From a virus: a stretch of 64,000 bases of DNA. A model generated the notes under the pieces. The model did no database searches and had not been told where the DNA came from. It saw only the letters and a program-made list of their open reading frames with translations. The DNA lies in the IMG/VR virus record IMGVR_UViG_3300036781_000420, positions 1 through 64,000 of that record; one strand, written 5' to 3'. This document shows, piece by piece, positions 36,285-44,099 of this stretch. Position 1 is the stretch's first letter; each line of letters starts with the position of its first letter. Position numbers and translations under genes: made by a program.

Positions 36285-36911
36285 ATGTCGAAATCCCCCG
36301 AAGAAGAAAAAATCGACGGGAGCCTGATCAAGCTCGCCGAACAATACGCGAGCTGTGATCGGCGGTCGGCCGGCATCAACGACGAACGCAAGACGATTCG
36401 CGATAACGCCGAAAAGATCGGCATCCCCTCGAAGGCGTTTCAGCACGCCGTCGGCATGGTCAAGCAGATGACCACGGGCGAGCGCCGCGATTACCAGGTC
36501 GGCATCAACCGCGTGCTGTCGGCGATTTCGGATCGGCAGAACGACTTGTTCCCGGTCCAGGCCGAGCGCAACCGCAAGCGTGAAGAAAACCGGGCACGGA
36601 CCGGCAAGGAAGGCGCTATCAACTCCGACACCAACCCACGATCCGACCCGAACCGTGGCGGCGCGGCACAGGAACGGGTCGCCAGCGGCAGCGAGCAGGC
36701 TTCGGCTACCAATACCGCCCCGGCGCGGCCGACGCCTCCCAGCGAGGCTGAGAACGCCGCAGAGCAGGAGGAGGGCGAGAACGTGCTTGCCTTCGGCGGC
36801 CGTAACGCCCCCTTGGTCGGCGGACAATGGCCGGATGATGTCGCCGCCGCCAAAAAGCCGTCACAATCCGAGCAGGCCGCCAAAAAGCGGGCCGCTGCGC
36901 TTATCAACTGA
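36285..36911 (+). CDS. DUF2312/GapR-like N-terminal domain protein (tentative) with a disordered tail
   Basis: LIKLAEQY....ERKTIRDNAEKIGIPSKAFQHAVGMVKQMTTGERRDYQVGINRVLSAI loosely parallels GapR. The assignment is weak. Confidence 0.5.
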   Translation: MSKSPEEEKIDGSLIKLAEQYASCDRRSAGINDERKTIRDNAEKIGIPSKAFQHAVGMVKQMTTGERRDYQVGINRVLSAISDRQNDLFPVQAERNRKREENRARTGKEGAINSDTNPRSDPNRGGAAQERVASGSEQASATNTAPARPTPPSEAENAAEQEEGENVLAFGGRNAPLVGGQWPDDVAAAKKPSQSEQAAKKRAAALIN

Positions 36912-37465
36912 TGATGCTGTGAACTTTGCGTCTGCCGGCTCTTGCCAAAACGGGAGTCGGTGGCGCAAATAAGACGAAGGCCGGGGAGTAATCAGCTCCA
37001 CCGGCCCCTAGTCTGCCACCGACGCGATGTGCACGCGTGCGGGATTGCCCCTTCTGTATGGGCAACCTCCTCACCCATTGCAAGCCTTCTCGCGCTGGTT
37101 TCCCCTTGAGGGCCGTCGTGGGCATTTCCACGCGGCTGTGGCGGCAGGTAGCCGCTGCATGGTGTGCGCCCAGTGAGCCGCCTTAAGGTCTAGCCTGCAC
37201 CATTCACGGGGACGATCACGGTGCAACCCCAGTCCTGACGACCGAAGGGGGATCGGCCAAGCAGCGAAATGCTTGGTGAAAGTAGCGGTCGTGACGGAAG
37301 GGGTTTCGATTTCCCTGATGTTGCCCGATGCGCCGACTCGTCTCAAGGGAACGGGTAGCACGGGAGGGGACCGACCCTGCTTTTTAGCGGGGAAGGTCGT
37401 CCTTTGCCCAAGTACAACCGATCTGAACTCAGCGAACATGGTTAGATAAGAATAGGGAGATAGTT
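36912..37465 (+). ncRNA. candidate structured non-coding RNA or cis element (class unknown)
   Basis: A 554-nt gap with no plus-strand ORF of 60 aa or more. Many local helices can be read off the sequence (see finding). Strand assignment is tentative. Confidence 0.3.
36979..37006 (+). terminator. GC-rich hairpin downstream of the 36285 gene, without a U-tract
   Basis: GGCCGGGGAG-TAATCAG-CTCC-A-CCGGCC. Confidence 0.3.
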
Positions 37466-37822
37466 ATGATGAACTGGCCTATCCAGTTGTTGCAGTTGAA
37501 AGCCTTCCTCGGGGCAAATGGCGTGGTCACCAGCAAAATCGGCAACGCGGAGGATGTTGCCTATGTCGCGACCAAGCTGTTTGGACTGCGATTGGATGCA
37601 TCCGAGCCGCTTTCGTTGTTGTCCCTCCAGTCTCGGATTTCCTCTCTCGGGTATGCTCACCGCCGGGCGATGGTCCGGCTGAACCTCGGGACGTTGCCGG
37701 CGCATCTGGTGAGTACCCGCGAGGCGCACAAAGACAAGCGCGAGGGCAAGTTGGCCAGGCGAGACCGGAAATATCTCAAGACCTTGGGGAGCGGCGAAAT
37801 AGGCAAGAGTAAAAATCCATGA
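37466..37822 (+). CDS. hypothetical protein (lower-GC island)
   Basis: RBS is GGGAGA. The 118-aa ORF ends ...GKSKNP, with its stop inside the ATGA of the next gene. Confidence 0.55.
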   Translation: MMNWPIQLLQLKAFLGANGVVTSKIGNAEDVAYVATKLFGLRLDASEPLSLLSLQSRISSLGYAHRRAMVRLNLGTLPAHLVSTREAHKDKREGKLARRDRKYLKTLGSGEIGKSKNP

Positions 37823-38460
37823 ACGCGCTCGTGCCGAAGTCGCCGCAGCGGTTGAGGATGATGAAGTTCAAATGCGCGCATTGCGGCGTCGAGGCCGACA
37901 GGTTCGTCGGGGAAGTGAACCGGTCGCGGCGTAGCGGGCTCCCGCTCTACTGCGGACGCGAATGCGCTGGGCTGGAGCGCAGAAAGTGGGAGTCGCCAGC
38001 GCAGCGCAAAGCTGAGAAGCAGGCATATGACGCTGCCCGCCGCATCGCTCTAGCTGATGAACTACGCGCCAAGAAGGCAGAATACCACAAACGCACCTAC
38101 GACCCTGCGAAGGCGGCGGTTGAGCGCAAGAAGCGCATGCCAAAGCATATCGAATATTGCCAAAGTCAAAAATATCGGGAGTGGAAACGGGAGTACGACC
38201 GCCAATATTTGGCGAAGAAAGACTACGGTGAATTTTGGGAGTGCCATTTGTTAGCCCTCGATATTCGAGAGGAAGTTCTTCGGCAATCCTCCGACTACGA
38301 CATCCGCCTGGAGAAAGGCGGAATTGCAAAAACCCAACAACGGAGACGTGACTATGAGCAGTTCAGACGTTCTGACACTGACGGCCAAGAACTTGAAGTC
38401 GGCCCTTTGGGAAACCTTGCAGGCCGTCAAGAGCGGCGATATGCAGCCCGGCCAAGCTGA
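37819..38460 (+). CDS. Zn-ribbon-containing basic hypothetical protein
   Basis: KFKCAHCGVEADRF...LYCGRECAG, then a K/R/E-rich helical region. Its 3' end overlaps the next gene by ~107 nt. Confidence 0.55.
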   Translation: MNALVPKSPQRLRMMKFKCAHCGVEADRFVGEVNRSRRSGLPLYCGRECAGLERRKWESPAQRKAEKQAYDAARRIALADELRAKKAEYHKRTYDPAKAAVERKKRMPKHIEYCQSQKYREWKREYDRQYLAKKDYGEFWECHLLALDIREEVLRQSSDYDIRLEKGGIAKTQQRRRDYEQFRRSDTDGQELEVGPLGNLAGRQERRYAARPS

Positions 38461-38575
38461 TGCCGTGGCATCTCAGGCCCGCGAGATTCTCCGCACCACC
38501 AACACGCAGCTTCGTGTCGTGCAGCAGGCCAAGCGGACTGTGCCGGTGGACGTTTTGACGTTCGCGGAAAGCTGA
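38354..38575 (+). CDS. small helical hypothetical protein
   Basis: ATG 38354 follows GGAGA and lies within listed ORF 38324..38575. Confidence 0.5.
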   Translation: MSSSDVLTLTAKNLKSALWETLQAVKSGDMQPGQADAVASQAREILRTTNTQLRVVQQAKRTVPVDVLTFAES

Positions 38576-38610
38576 GCCCTACCTTCAACCCGAAACACAG
38601 AGGGGGATAG

Positions 38611-38712
38611 ATGCTGACGAGCACCGAACTAACGATGCGGAGTGCCGCTCCCGGATCGAAGTTAAAAATCATCGCCGCTGCAAAGCGGGCGAAGGCGAGG
38701 AAAAATCCATGA
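38611..38712 (+). CDS. 33-aa basic mini-protein
   Basis: Not in the ORF track. RBS is AGAGGGGGA. MLTSTELTMRSAAPGSKLKIIAAAKRAKARKNP ends ...KNP with ATGA coupling, the same junction as at 37819. Confidence 0.4.
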   Translation: MLTSTELTMRSAAPGSKLKIIAAAKRAKARKNP

Positions 38713-39344
38713 ACGCGCTCGACTTCACGTCGGCCTCGGAAATGATCGAGAACTATGCCCGTGTCAGGTCGGCTTTTTGGGGCAAGCCTGCGGCAAAGGC
38801 CCCGGCGCCGCTCAAGACAATCGCCAGGGCCATCCACCCGAGGCCAACGCCGCGAGATTGGTTGATAATCGGCGATCTCGACTTGCCGGCCGGCACCGAA
38901 ATCCGCGTTCTCTCGAAACCGCGCAAGCCGAACCAGCGCGCCATGAAGAACAGCGATCCTCGTTGGCACGATATCGCGCGGGAGGTCTGCGACAAATACG
39001 TCGTGAGCCTGCTTATGCTCCAGTCCAACAGCCGCAGTACCAAGCTGATTTTGCCCCGGCACGAGATGGCCTATCGCCTGCGCAAGGAAACGCAGATGAG
39101 CTGCGCCGCCATCGGCAGGAAGCTTGGCGGGCGCGACCACACCACAATCATGCATAGCGTCAAGAAGCACGCCGAACGTCTGAAGGCGGCGCGCGATCCT
39201 GGGGCCGCAGCCGGCGAAGCTGCGACCCCAGTGCCACTTGGGGGACTCGCCGGACATCCCCACGGAAACCGGCAAGGGGGGCTCCAAGCGCAAGCCCACG
39301 ATGCCTCTGGCGCGCCGGCGATGCCATCGACACAATCGAGTTAA
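38709..39344 (+). CDS. DnaA domain IV-like DNA-binding protein
   Basis: SRSTKLILPRHEMAYRLRKETQMSCAAIGRKLGGRDHTTIMHSVKK aligns with E. coli DnaA [45 protein letters not shown]. Confidence 0.8.
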   Translation: MNALDFTSASEMIENYARVRSAFWGKPAAKAPAPLKTIARAIHPRPTPRDWLIIGDLDLPAGTEIRVLSKPRKPNQRAMKNSDPRWHDIAREVCDKYVVSLLMLQSNSRSTKLILPRHEMAYRLRKETQMSCAAIGRKLGGRDHTTIMHSVKKHAERLKAARDPGAAAGEAATPVPLGGLAGHPHGNRQGGLQAQAHDASGAPAMPSTQSS

Positions 39345-39367
39345 CCGATAAACCGAAAGGGTAGGAC

Positions 39368-39760
39368 GTGACCAAGGGGGCTGAGGCTGAACTGTTCACT
39401 GCACGACAAGAACTTGAGCGCGTATTGGACGCGGAACACGCCAAAGGCGTTGTGGATCATCGGACGGCGAAACGGGCAAAGCTTACGCCATTCGCCGCAA
39501 GGCTGCTGGCAAAGGAATTCGCCAAGTGCGCCGACCCGAATGCAGCAGCGGAGGCCATGATCGTCTTCGGCTGGACGGGCTTCAAAGTCGAATGGATGGA
39601 ACGGGGGCAAGCCCGGTCTTCCTATGGTAGACAGGGCGGGATAGAGGCCGCGAAGGAAGCATTGAGGCGGAGAGTGCAAGATGAACTCGGATCATCTCGC
39701 GAAGGAATCGCTGGTGCTCAACATGTTGGAAGGTTGGGCCTCATCGCAAAACTTAACTGA
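39368..39760 (+). CDS. hypothetical protein
   Basis: GTG start. 130 aa. The 3' end overlaps the next ORF by 80 nt. Confidence 0.45.
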   Translation: MTKGAEAELFTARQELERVLDAEHAKGVVDHRTAKRAKLTPFAARLLAKEFAKCADPNAAAEAMIVFGWTGFKVEWMERGQARSSYGRQGGIEAAKEALRRRVQDELGSSREGIAGAQHVGRLGLIAKLN

Positions 39761-40160
39761 GGGAGCGCTGCGCGTCTTCTTCGCGGTGGTCGGCCCTTAT
39801 CCTCTGGTATCGGTCCGGGTGGCCTGCCTCGCTTTCGCGGCGGGCGAAGTGGAGGGGCGCAACAACGCCTACCCACCATCGAGCGCCGAGCTGGGAGCGG
39901 AGGTGCGTCGCCACCTTCCGGCCGACGCCCGCGACCCGAACGACAGCACTGACATGCGCAATCTCATCGCCTATCCCATCGGCGGGAAACCGCCGGAGGG
40001 GAAGGTGCCGGCTGGCCTGGTAAGTATCGACTTCGGTCGCGGCAAGATTGACCTGTCGCGAATGACGCATGCGGAACAGGAGGCCACTTTGCGAAAGCAG
40101 GATGCACCGGAACGAATCAGACACGACACGATCCAGCGGCCGGCGCTGAAAAGGATGTGA
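39681..40160 (+). CDS. hypothetical protein
   Basis: 159-aa ORF. An alternative start is ATG 39723. Confidence 0.5.
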   Translation: MNSDHLAKESLVLNMLEGWASSQNLTEGALRVFFAVVGPYPLVSVRVACLAFAAGEVEGRNNAYPPSSAELGAEVRRHLPADARDPNDSTDMRNLIAYPIGGKPPEGKVPAGLVSIDFGRGKIDLSRMTHAEQEATLRKQDAPERIRHDTIQRPALKRM

Positions 40161-40540
40161 TGAAATGCCGCGAGACATCTTCGGCGAAGGACTGGCCGGA
40201 TGTGCGAGAGACGCGCGAACGACGCGCCGAACTCGTCGAGCGGTTGCTTGGCCCCAAGCCGATCAGGGCGCCTGACCAGCAGATCGACACCAAGGCCGAT
40301 GAAATGCGCCGCCAGGGGGAAGGGGCGCGATCCTCTGCCTTCTGGCGCCAGAGAGAAACCCGAACGCTGGCCGAGCGTCTCGGGTTACGCAGCGCCGACC
40401 AGCGCTTGCAGTATGACGATCCGGCGATACTTCCCCCAACGAGAGGCAATGATGGGAAAGCGAATTCCAGTAATATTGGTTCAAGCGAAATGGCGACCTT
40501 TGATGCACTTTTCGGACCCAGCGGGCGGGGTGCTGAATGA
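40157..40540 (+). CDS. hypothetical charged protein
   Basis: 127-aa ORF, ATGA-coupled at both ends. Confidence 0.5.
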   Translation: MMKCRETSSAKDWPDVRETRERRAELVERLLGPKPIRAPDQQIDTKADEMRRQGEGARSSAFWRQRETRTLAERLGLRSADQRLQYDDPAILPPTRGNDGKANSSNIGSSEMATFDALFGPSGRGAE

Positions 40541-41337
40541 GTAGCGAGGCCGATACCGTATTGGCGTTCGGACGCGTCTTTCTGGCCGACCGGGACGGCT
40601 ACATCGTGGTGCTCAATGTCTTCATGGACGAATCAGGTGTTCACGATAACGCCCCGGCTATTGCTGTCGGCGCGTGGGTAGGAAGGCCGGAGGCGTGGGC
40701 TGAATGGACCGACGCGTGGAATGCGGCAAAGAAGCCCATCCACGTCTATCATGCCGCCGATTGCCACAACCGCTCTGGTGAATTCGAGGGCTGGGAGAAG
40801 CCGGAGCGCGACGACTTCGTGCGGAAAATGCTTTCGATCATGGGCAGCGCTCCCCTCGCGTCATTCTGCGCTGGGATTGTGCTGACCGATTACCGAGAGG
40901 TAGTTGCGGAACATCCTGAACTCGGCGTTGCGCTTGGAAAGACCCCGTACGCTCCATGTTTCCAGTGGGTTCTCATGAACATCTTTGACGCCATGGACCG
41001 TGTAAAAGACCCGCAGGCGGTCGCAATTGTCCATGAAACAAACGACTACGAAGGGGAAGCCTTCGCCACGTTTCACGCCATGGAAGCCAGATACCCCAAC
41101 CGGGAAATGACTTTAGCCTTCGGTGCGAAGAAGGCATACGTCCCGCTGCAAGCCGCCGATATCCTGGCTTACGAAGCCTACAAGACATTGCAGAACGTCA
41201 ATGCGCCGGGCCGCAAGCCATTCATGGCCCTAAATCCGACGCGGCGAGCCCGGAAGTTTCAATATTTTGACAAGGTAGCGCTGTTGCGATGGGTCAAGAT
41301 CATGGAAGAGCGAAAGCCCGTCGCCAGTGCCGGCTAA
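40537..41337 (+). CDS. DUF3800-family protein, copy 1
   Basis: It has N-terminal VLNVFMDESGVH and C-terminal VPLQAADILAYE, the two DUF3800 hallmarks. Confidence 0.7.
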   Translation: MSSEADTVLAFGRVFLADRDGYIVVLNVFMDESGVHDNAPAIAVGAWVGRPEAWAEWTDAWNAAKKPIHVYHAADCHNRSGEFEGWEKPERDDFVRKMLSIMGSAPLASFCAGIVLTDYREVVAEHPELGVALGKTPYAPCFQWVLMNIFDAMDRVKDPQAVAIVHETNDYEGEAFATFHAMEARYPNREMTLAFGAKKAYVPLQAADILAYEAYKTLQNVNAPGRKPFMALNPTRRARKFQYFDKVALLRWVKIMEERKPVASAG

Positions 41338-41594
41338 TCCAGTATCTCAATCGAGTAGCGACCACCTATGAGGCTTACATAGGCGTCCGTCCCACCTGTA
41401 GCGCGGTTCATGCCGAACGCCGATCCGCCGCCCACTGGGGCGTTGTAGAACGACCCGTCCGCGCAATTGACGGCCACGATGTGACCGTTGGCGTGAGCAA
41501 ATGCATCAGGCCAACGAAGGTAACGGAATCGGCCGCGCCTATTGCTCTGATCGCCGCGCCAAGCTACGTTCAGGTTCTCCCCTGAGACCCGCGA
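41334..41594 (-). pseudogene. start-less ORF remnant (about 87 codons)
   Basis: The minus-frame reading is ...NVAWRGDQSNRRGRFRYLRWPDAFAHANGHIVAVNCADGSFYNAPVGGGSAFGMNRATGGTDAYVSLIGGRYSIEILD*. There is no ATG/GTG/TTG upstream in frame. It lies downstream of the terminator hairpin. Confidence 0.2.
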
Positions 41595-41602
41595 ATAGAT
41601 AA

Positions 41603-41632
41603 GGGGCCCCCGCCTGTAATCGCGGGGGCCCC
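41603..41632. terminator. strong GC hairpin, likely terminator of the leftward 44.05-41.67 kb operon (possibly bidirectional)
   Basis: GGGGCCCCCGC-CTGTAATC-GCGGGGGCCCC gives a perfect 11-bp stem. The minus strand continues UUAUCUAUU. Confidence 0.65.
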
Positions 41633-41664
41633 TTCGGGCATCATGGACGGCAGCCTCTGTGGAG

Positions 41665-41748
41665 TCAGAGGCGTCCGGACGCGAGCAGCAGGAACAGCAA
41701 CCAACCCGCCGGTACGCTGGCGGCGAGCAAGAACACGATATGATGCAT
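41665..41748 (-). CDS. 27-aa hydrophobic mini-peptide
   Basis: Not in the ORF track. RBS is GAGGAGG. Sequence is MHHIVFLLAASVPAGWLLFLLLASGRL. Confidence 0.4.
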   Translation of the reverse strand: MHHIVFLLAASVPAGWLLFLLLASGRL

Positions 41749-41760
41749 GGTGGCGCCTCC

Positions 41761-41862
41761 TCAGCTCGGCAAAAAGGTGACGATCAGCGCGAGCGATAGC
41801 GTCAGGATGACGATGCACGCCCAGCCGGGGTTATTGGAAATCCAGTCTTCCAGCCAGTTCAC
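41761..41862 (-). CDS. 33-aa hydrophobic mini-peptide
   Basis: Not in the ORF track. The GTG overlaps the upstream stop (GTGA). Sequence is VNWLEDWISNNPGWACIVILTLSLALIVTFLPS. Confidence 0.35.
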   Translation of the reverse strand: MNWLEDWISNNPGWACIVILTLSLALIVTFLPS

Positions 41863-42245
41863 GACTTCATCCTCTCGGAAATACCGACCTGAGCATCCGC
41901 GAGGATGTCTTCGCAGTAGTTGCCGTCCGCAAGCAGGCAGAAGTCGCAGAACACGTCCTGCACCACCGTGTTGAGCGTTACCGCCGCTTCCTTAAGCTGG
42001 ATATCCGCAAGGATGAGGGCCATATCGAGTGTCACGTCATGAACTGACGGAGATGCGTAGGGCAGGCTGGCCGAGGCAAGCGGCGCGACGAGCCAGACGC
42101 GTACCGGGTTGGCGCTCGGGTTTTTTCGCCCGGCCTGGATCAACTCCATGTTGCGCAACGCCGAGAATAATCCGTTCCTGCTCGGCCACGATGCTTCGAG
42201 ATCGTAGAGCCACGGCCGGCCGTCGATGATGATTTGGAAAAACAT
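41859..42245 (-). CDS. hypothetical protein
   Basis: 128-aa ORF with visibly lower GC. Family not recognised. Confidence 0.55.
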   Translation of the reverse strand: MFFQIIIDGRPWLYDLEASWPSRNGLFSALRNMELIQAGRKNPSANPVRVWLVAPLASASLPYASPSVHDVTLDMALILADIQLKEAAVTLNTVVQDVFCDFCLLADGNYCEDILADAQVGISERMKS

Positions 42246-42280
42246 TTGTCGATCCTCTTTCGGATAAAACTTTTGGAGTG

Positions 42281-43357
42281 CTACGCAGCGACCAGTTTGC
42301 CATCCTTGGCGACATAGGTCGTATCGGGCTCAAGCCCATCGGTGCCGATGCATCCGGTAGCGAAGCCGATGCACTTCCCATCCTTGTATTCAGCGAGAGC
42401 AATCCATGTGCCCAAGCCACCTCTCGCCGAGGTGTGCGCCCCGGACGCCGCGAGCACTGAGCGGTCGCCGGACGCCGCGAGCTTCGAGCCGTTGCCGGAC
42501 GCCGCGAGCTTCGAGCCGCTGCCGGACGCCGCGAGCTTCGAGTAGTTGCCGGACGCCGCGAGCTGCGAGTAGTTGCCGGACGCCGCGAGCTGCGAGCCGT
42601 TGCCGGACGCCGCGAGCTCCGAGCCGCTGCCGGACGCCGCGAGCACCGAGCGGTCGCCGGACGCCGCGAGCTTCGAGTCGCTGCCGGACGCCGCGAGCAC
42701 CGAGCGGTCGCCGGACGCCGCGAGCTTCGAGCCGCTGCGGGACGCCGCGAGCACCGAGCGGTCGCCGGACGCCGCGAGCTTCGAGCCGTTGCCGGACGCC
42801 GCGAGCACCGAGCCGCTGCCGGACGCCGCGAGCTTCGAGTAGTCGCCGGACGCCGCGAGCTTCGAGTAGTTGCCGGACGCCGCGAGCTGCGAGTAGTTGC
42901 CGGACGCCGCGAGCTTCGAGTAGTCGCCGGACGCCGCGACAGCCTGCTCTCTGGCCTCGGCGGACGTATTGTTGACAAGCCACTCGACGCCTCGCTTGAT
43001 GAATTGCGGAAGCGAAAGCTCGGGCTTGATCGTGATGGTGGCAGAGGCGACCTTGCTGCCGCCCGTCGCGTCCTCGCGATCCGTGGCGCCGGACTGCTCA
43101 GTATCGGCGTAGCGTGTAAGCTTGCCGTCATCGCCGATCAGAGGATAGTGGTTCCAAACGTCGAACGGAGAGCGGTCGCAGGCGTGGAAACCATTGTGGC
43201 ACACCCTCACGGCGCCGGGGGTGGTGTAGGTTTTCCCAACCTCGAATTGGAACGGCTGGCCTCCGCCGAAGCACTGAAATTCAGAGTTGAAGCCCTTCAC
43301 CGATTTGATGACGGGCCCGCTCTGCGCCGCCTCGAAAGTTTCGTCTGCCTTGGACAT
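42281..43357 (-). CDS. repeat protein: Cys/His N-domain plus ~18 tandem 8-aa (LAASGxxS) repeats plus small C-domain
   Basis: The N-domain has FQCFGGG...VCHNGFHAC. The repeats run SKLAASGNYSQLAASGNYSKLAASGDYSKLAASGSGSV... The C-terminus is GTWIALAEYKDGKCIGFATGCIG. Confidence 0.75.
   Translation of the reverse strand: MSKADETFEAAQSGPVIKSVKGFNSEFQCFGGGQPFQFEVGKTYTTPGAVRVCHNGFHACDRSPFDVWNHYPLIGDDGKLTRYADTEQSGATDREDATGGSKVASATITIKPELSLPQFIKRGVEWLVNNTSAEAREQAVAASGDYSKLAASGNYSQLAASGNYSKLAASGDYSKLAASGSGSVLAASGNGSKLAASGDRSVLAASRSGSKLAASGDRSVLAASGSDSKLAASGDRSVLAASGSGSELAASGNGSQLAASGNYSQLAASGNYSKLAASGSGSKLAASGNGSKLAASGDRSVLAASGAHTSARGGLGTWIALAEYKDGKCIGFATGCIGTDGLEPDTTYVAKDGKLVAA
42441..42938 (-). repeat. 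24-nt tandem repeat array (~19-20 units), coding
   Basis: Units look like GCCGGACGCCGCGAGCTTCGAGCC(G/A)(T/C)T. All six reading frames are open across it (see the ORF track). Confidence 0.9.
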
Positions 43358-43422
43358 TTCTCGTTCCCCATTTTGTTGGTCGTCTGGTGCTGTGCCGGCT
43401 TCTTCGACGCAGGGCGAAGGGC

Positions 43423-43749
43423 TCAGAACGGCCTATTGTCGTCCGGATCATCTTCGAGAGCAGGTGACGACAGGCGCTCTGAAGGCCGGTATTCGACGGG
43501 CCGGATCGGCCTCGGATCAGCGCCGTAGCTTCGGCGCACGGCGTCCCGGACGATTTCTTCCGAAGCGGGGCGCATCGAATACAGAGCGGCAGTGCCATAG
43601 AACTCTGTGACGACATCGCTTTCGGTGACGGGGATATCGATGCGAAGCATCTTGCCGCCGGCCATCTCGACTTCCTTGACGTACCCCGGCCGCTGCCGGT
43701 GGCCCATCAGTTCAAGGATCGCCCAACCCTCGAAAGTTTCGTCTGCCAT
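43423..43749 (-). CDS. hypothetical protein
   Basis: 108 aa. The N-terminus MADETFEGW shares a 20-nt start-region repeat with the 42281 gene (MSKADETFE). Confidence 0.6.
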   Translation of the reverse strand: MADETFEGWAILELMGHRQRPGYVKEVEMAGGKMLRIDIPVTESDVVTEFYGTAALYSMRPASEEIVRDAVRRSYGADPRPIRPVEYRPSERLSSPALEDDPDDNRPF

Positions 43750-43832
43750 TTTCGTCTCCCTTTCCGGCCTTCAGCCAGCGTTAAACCTGTTGTGCTGCTC
43801 ACCACTCGGATGGGCAGGGCGATGTTCGGGGA

Positions 43833-44054
43833 TCAGGCGGCGAGGCCGAGTGCGAGCATTTGCTTTACGCTGAACGGGATGCCTTGAAGGCCGCCGAATT
43901 CCGCAGGCACATGCATCAGCAATCTGTTGGTGGTCGTGGCCGCCAGCGCGGCGTCGTCGTCGTTCCACTTCGAGCGGTTCGCTTTGCGCATCTGCGCATT
44001 GGCGGCGTCCTGCCCGGAGGCGAACGCTAGTTCCCGCGTGAGTGTGATTGCCAT
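43833..44054 (-). CDS. hypothetical protein, first gene of the leftward operon
   Basis: RBS is GAGGGACGAGAA. 73 aa. Confidence 0.55.
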   Translation of the reverse strand: MAITLTRELAFASGQDAANAQMRKANRSKWNDDDAALAATTTNRLLMHVPAEFGGLQGIPFSVKQMLALGLAA

Positions 44055-44099
44055 TTCTCGTCCCTCATGCGGCGCGGTGCCGCGTTGCCGATGACAACC

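Noticed and set aside
36904-37439. Minus-strand ORFs 36904-37131 and 37071-37439 as possible genes filling the 554-nt gap
   Set aside because: Their composition is implausible (runs of R/P/G/A), there is no RBS, and they are antisense to the flanking plus-strand operon. The region is treated as non-coding instead.
41289-41585. Plus-strand 98-aa ORF overlapping the DUF3800 3' end
   Set aside because: It has no RBS and its translation is not protein-like. The opposite strand gives a more protein-like, though start-less, reading.
42441-42938. Regular repeat array that could be mistaken for a CRISPR array
   Set aside because: The period is 24 nt with no unique spacers between units. It sits in frame inside a 358-aa ORF encoding LAASGxxS repeats, and there are no cas genes or leader.
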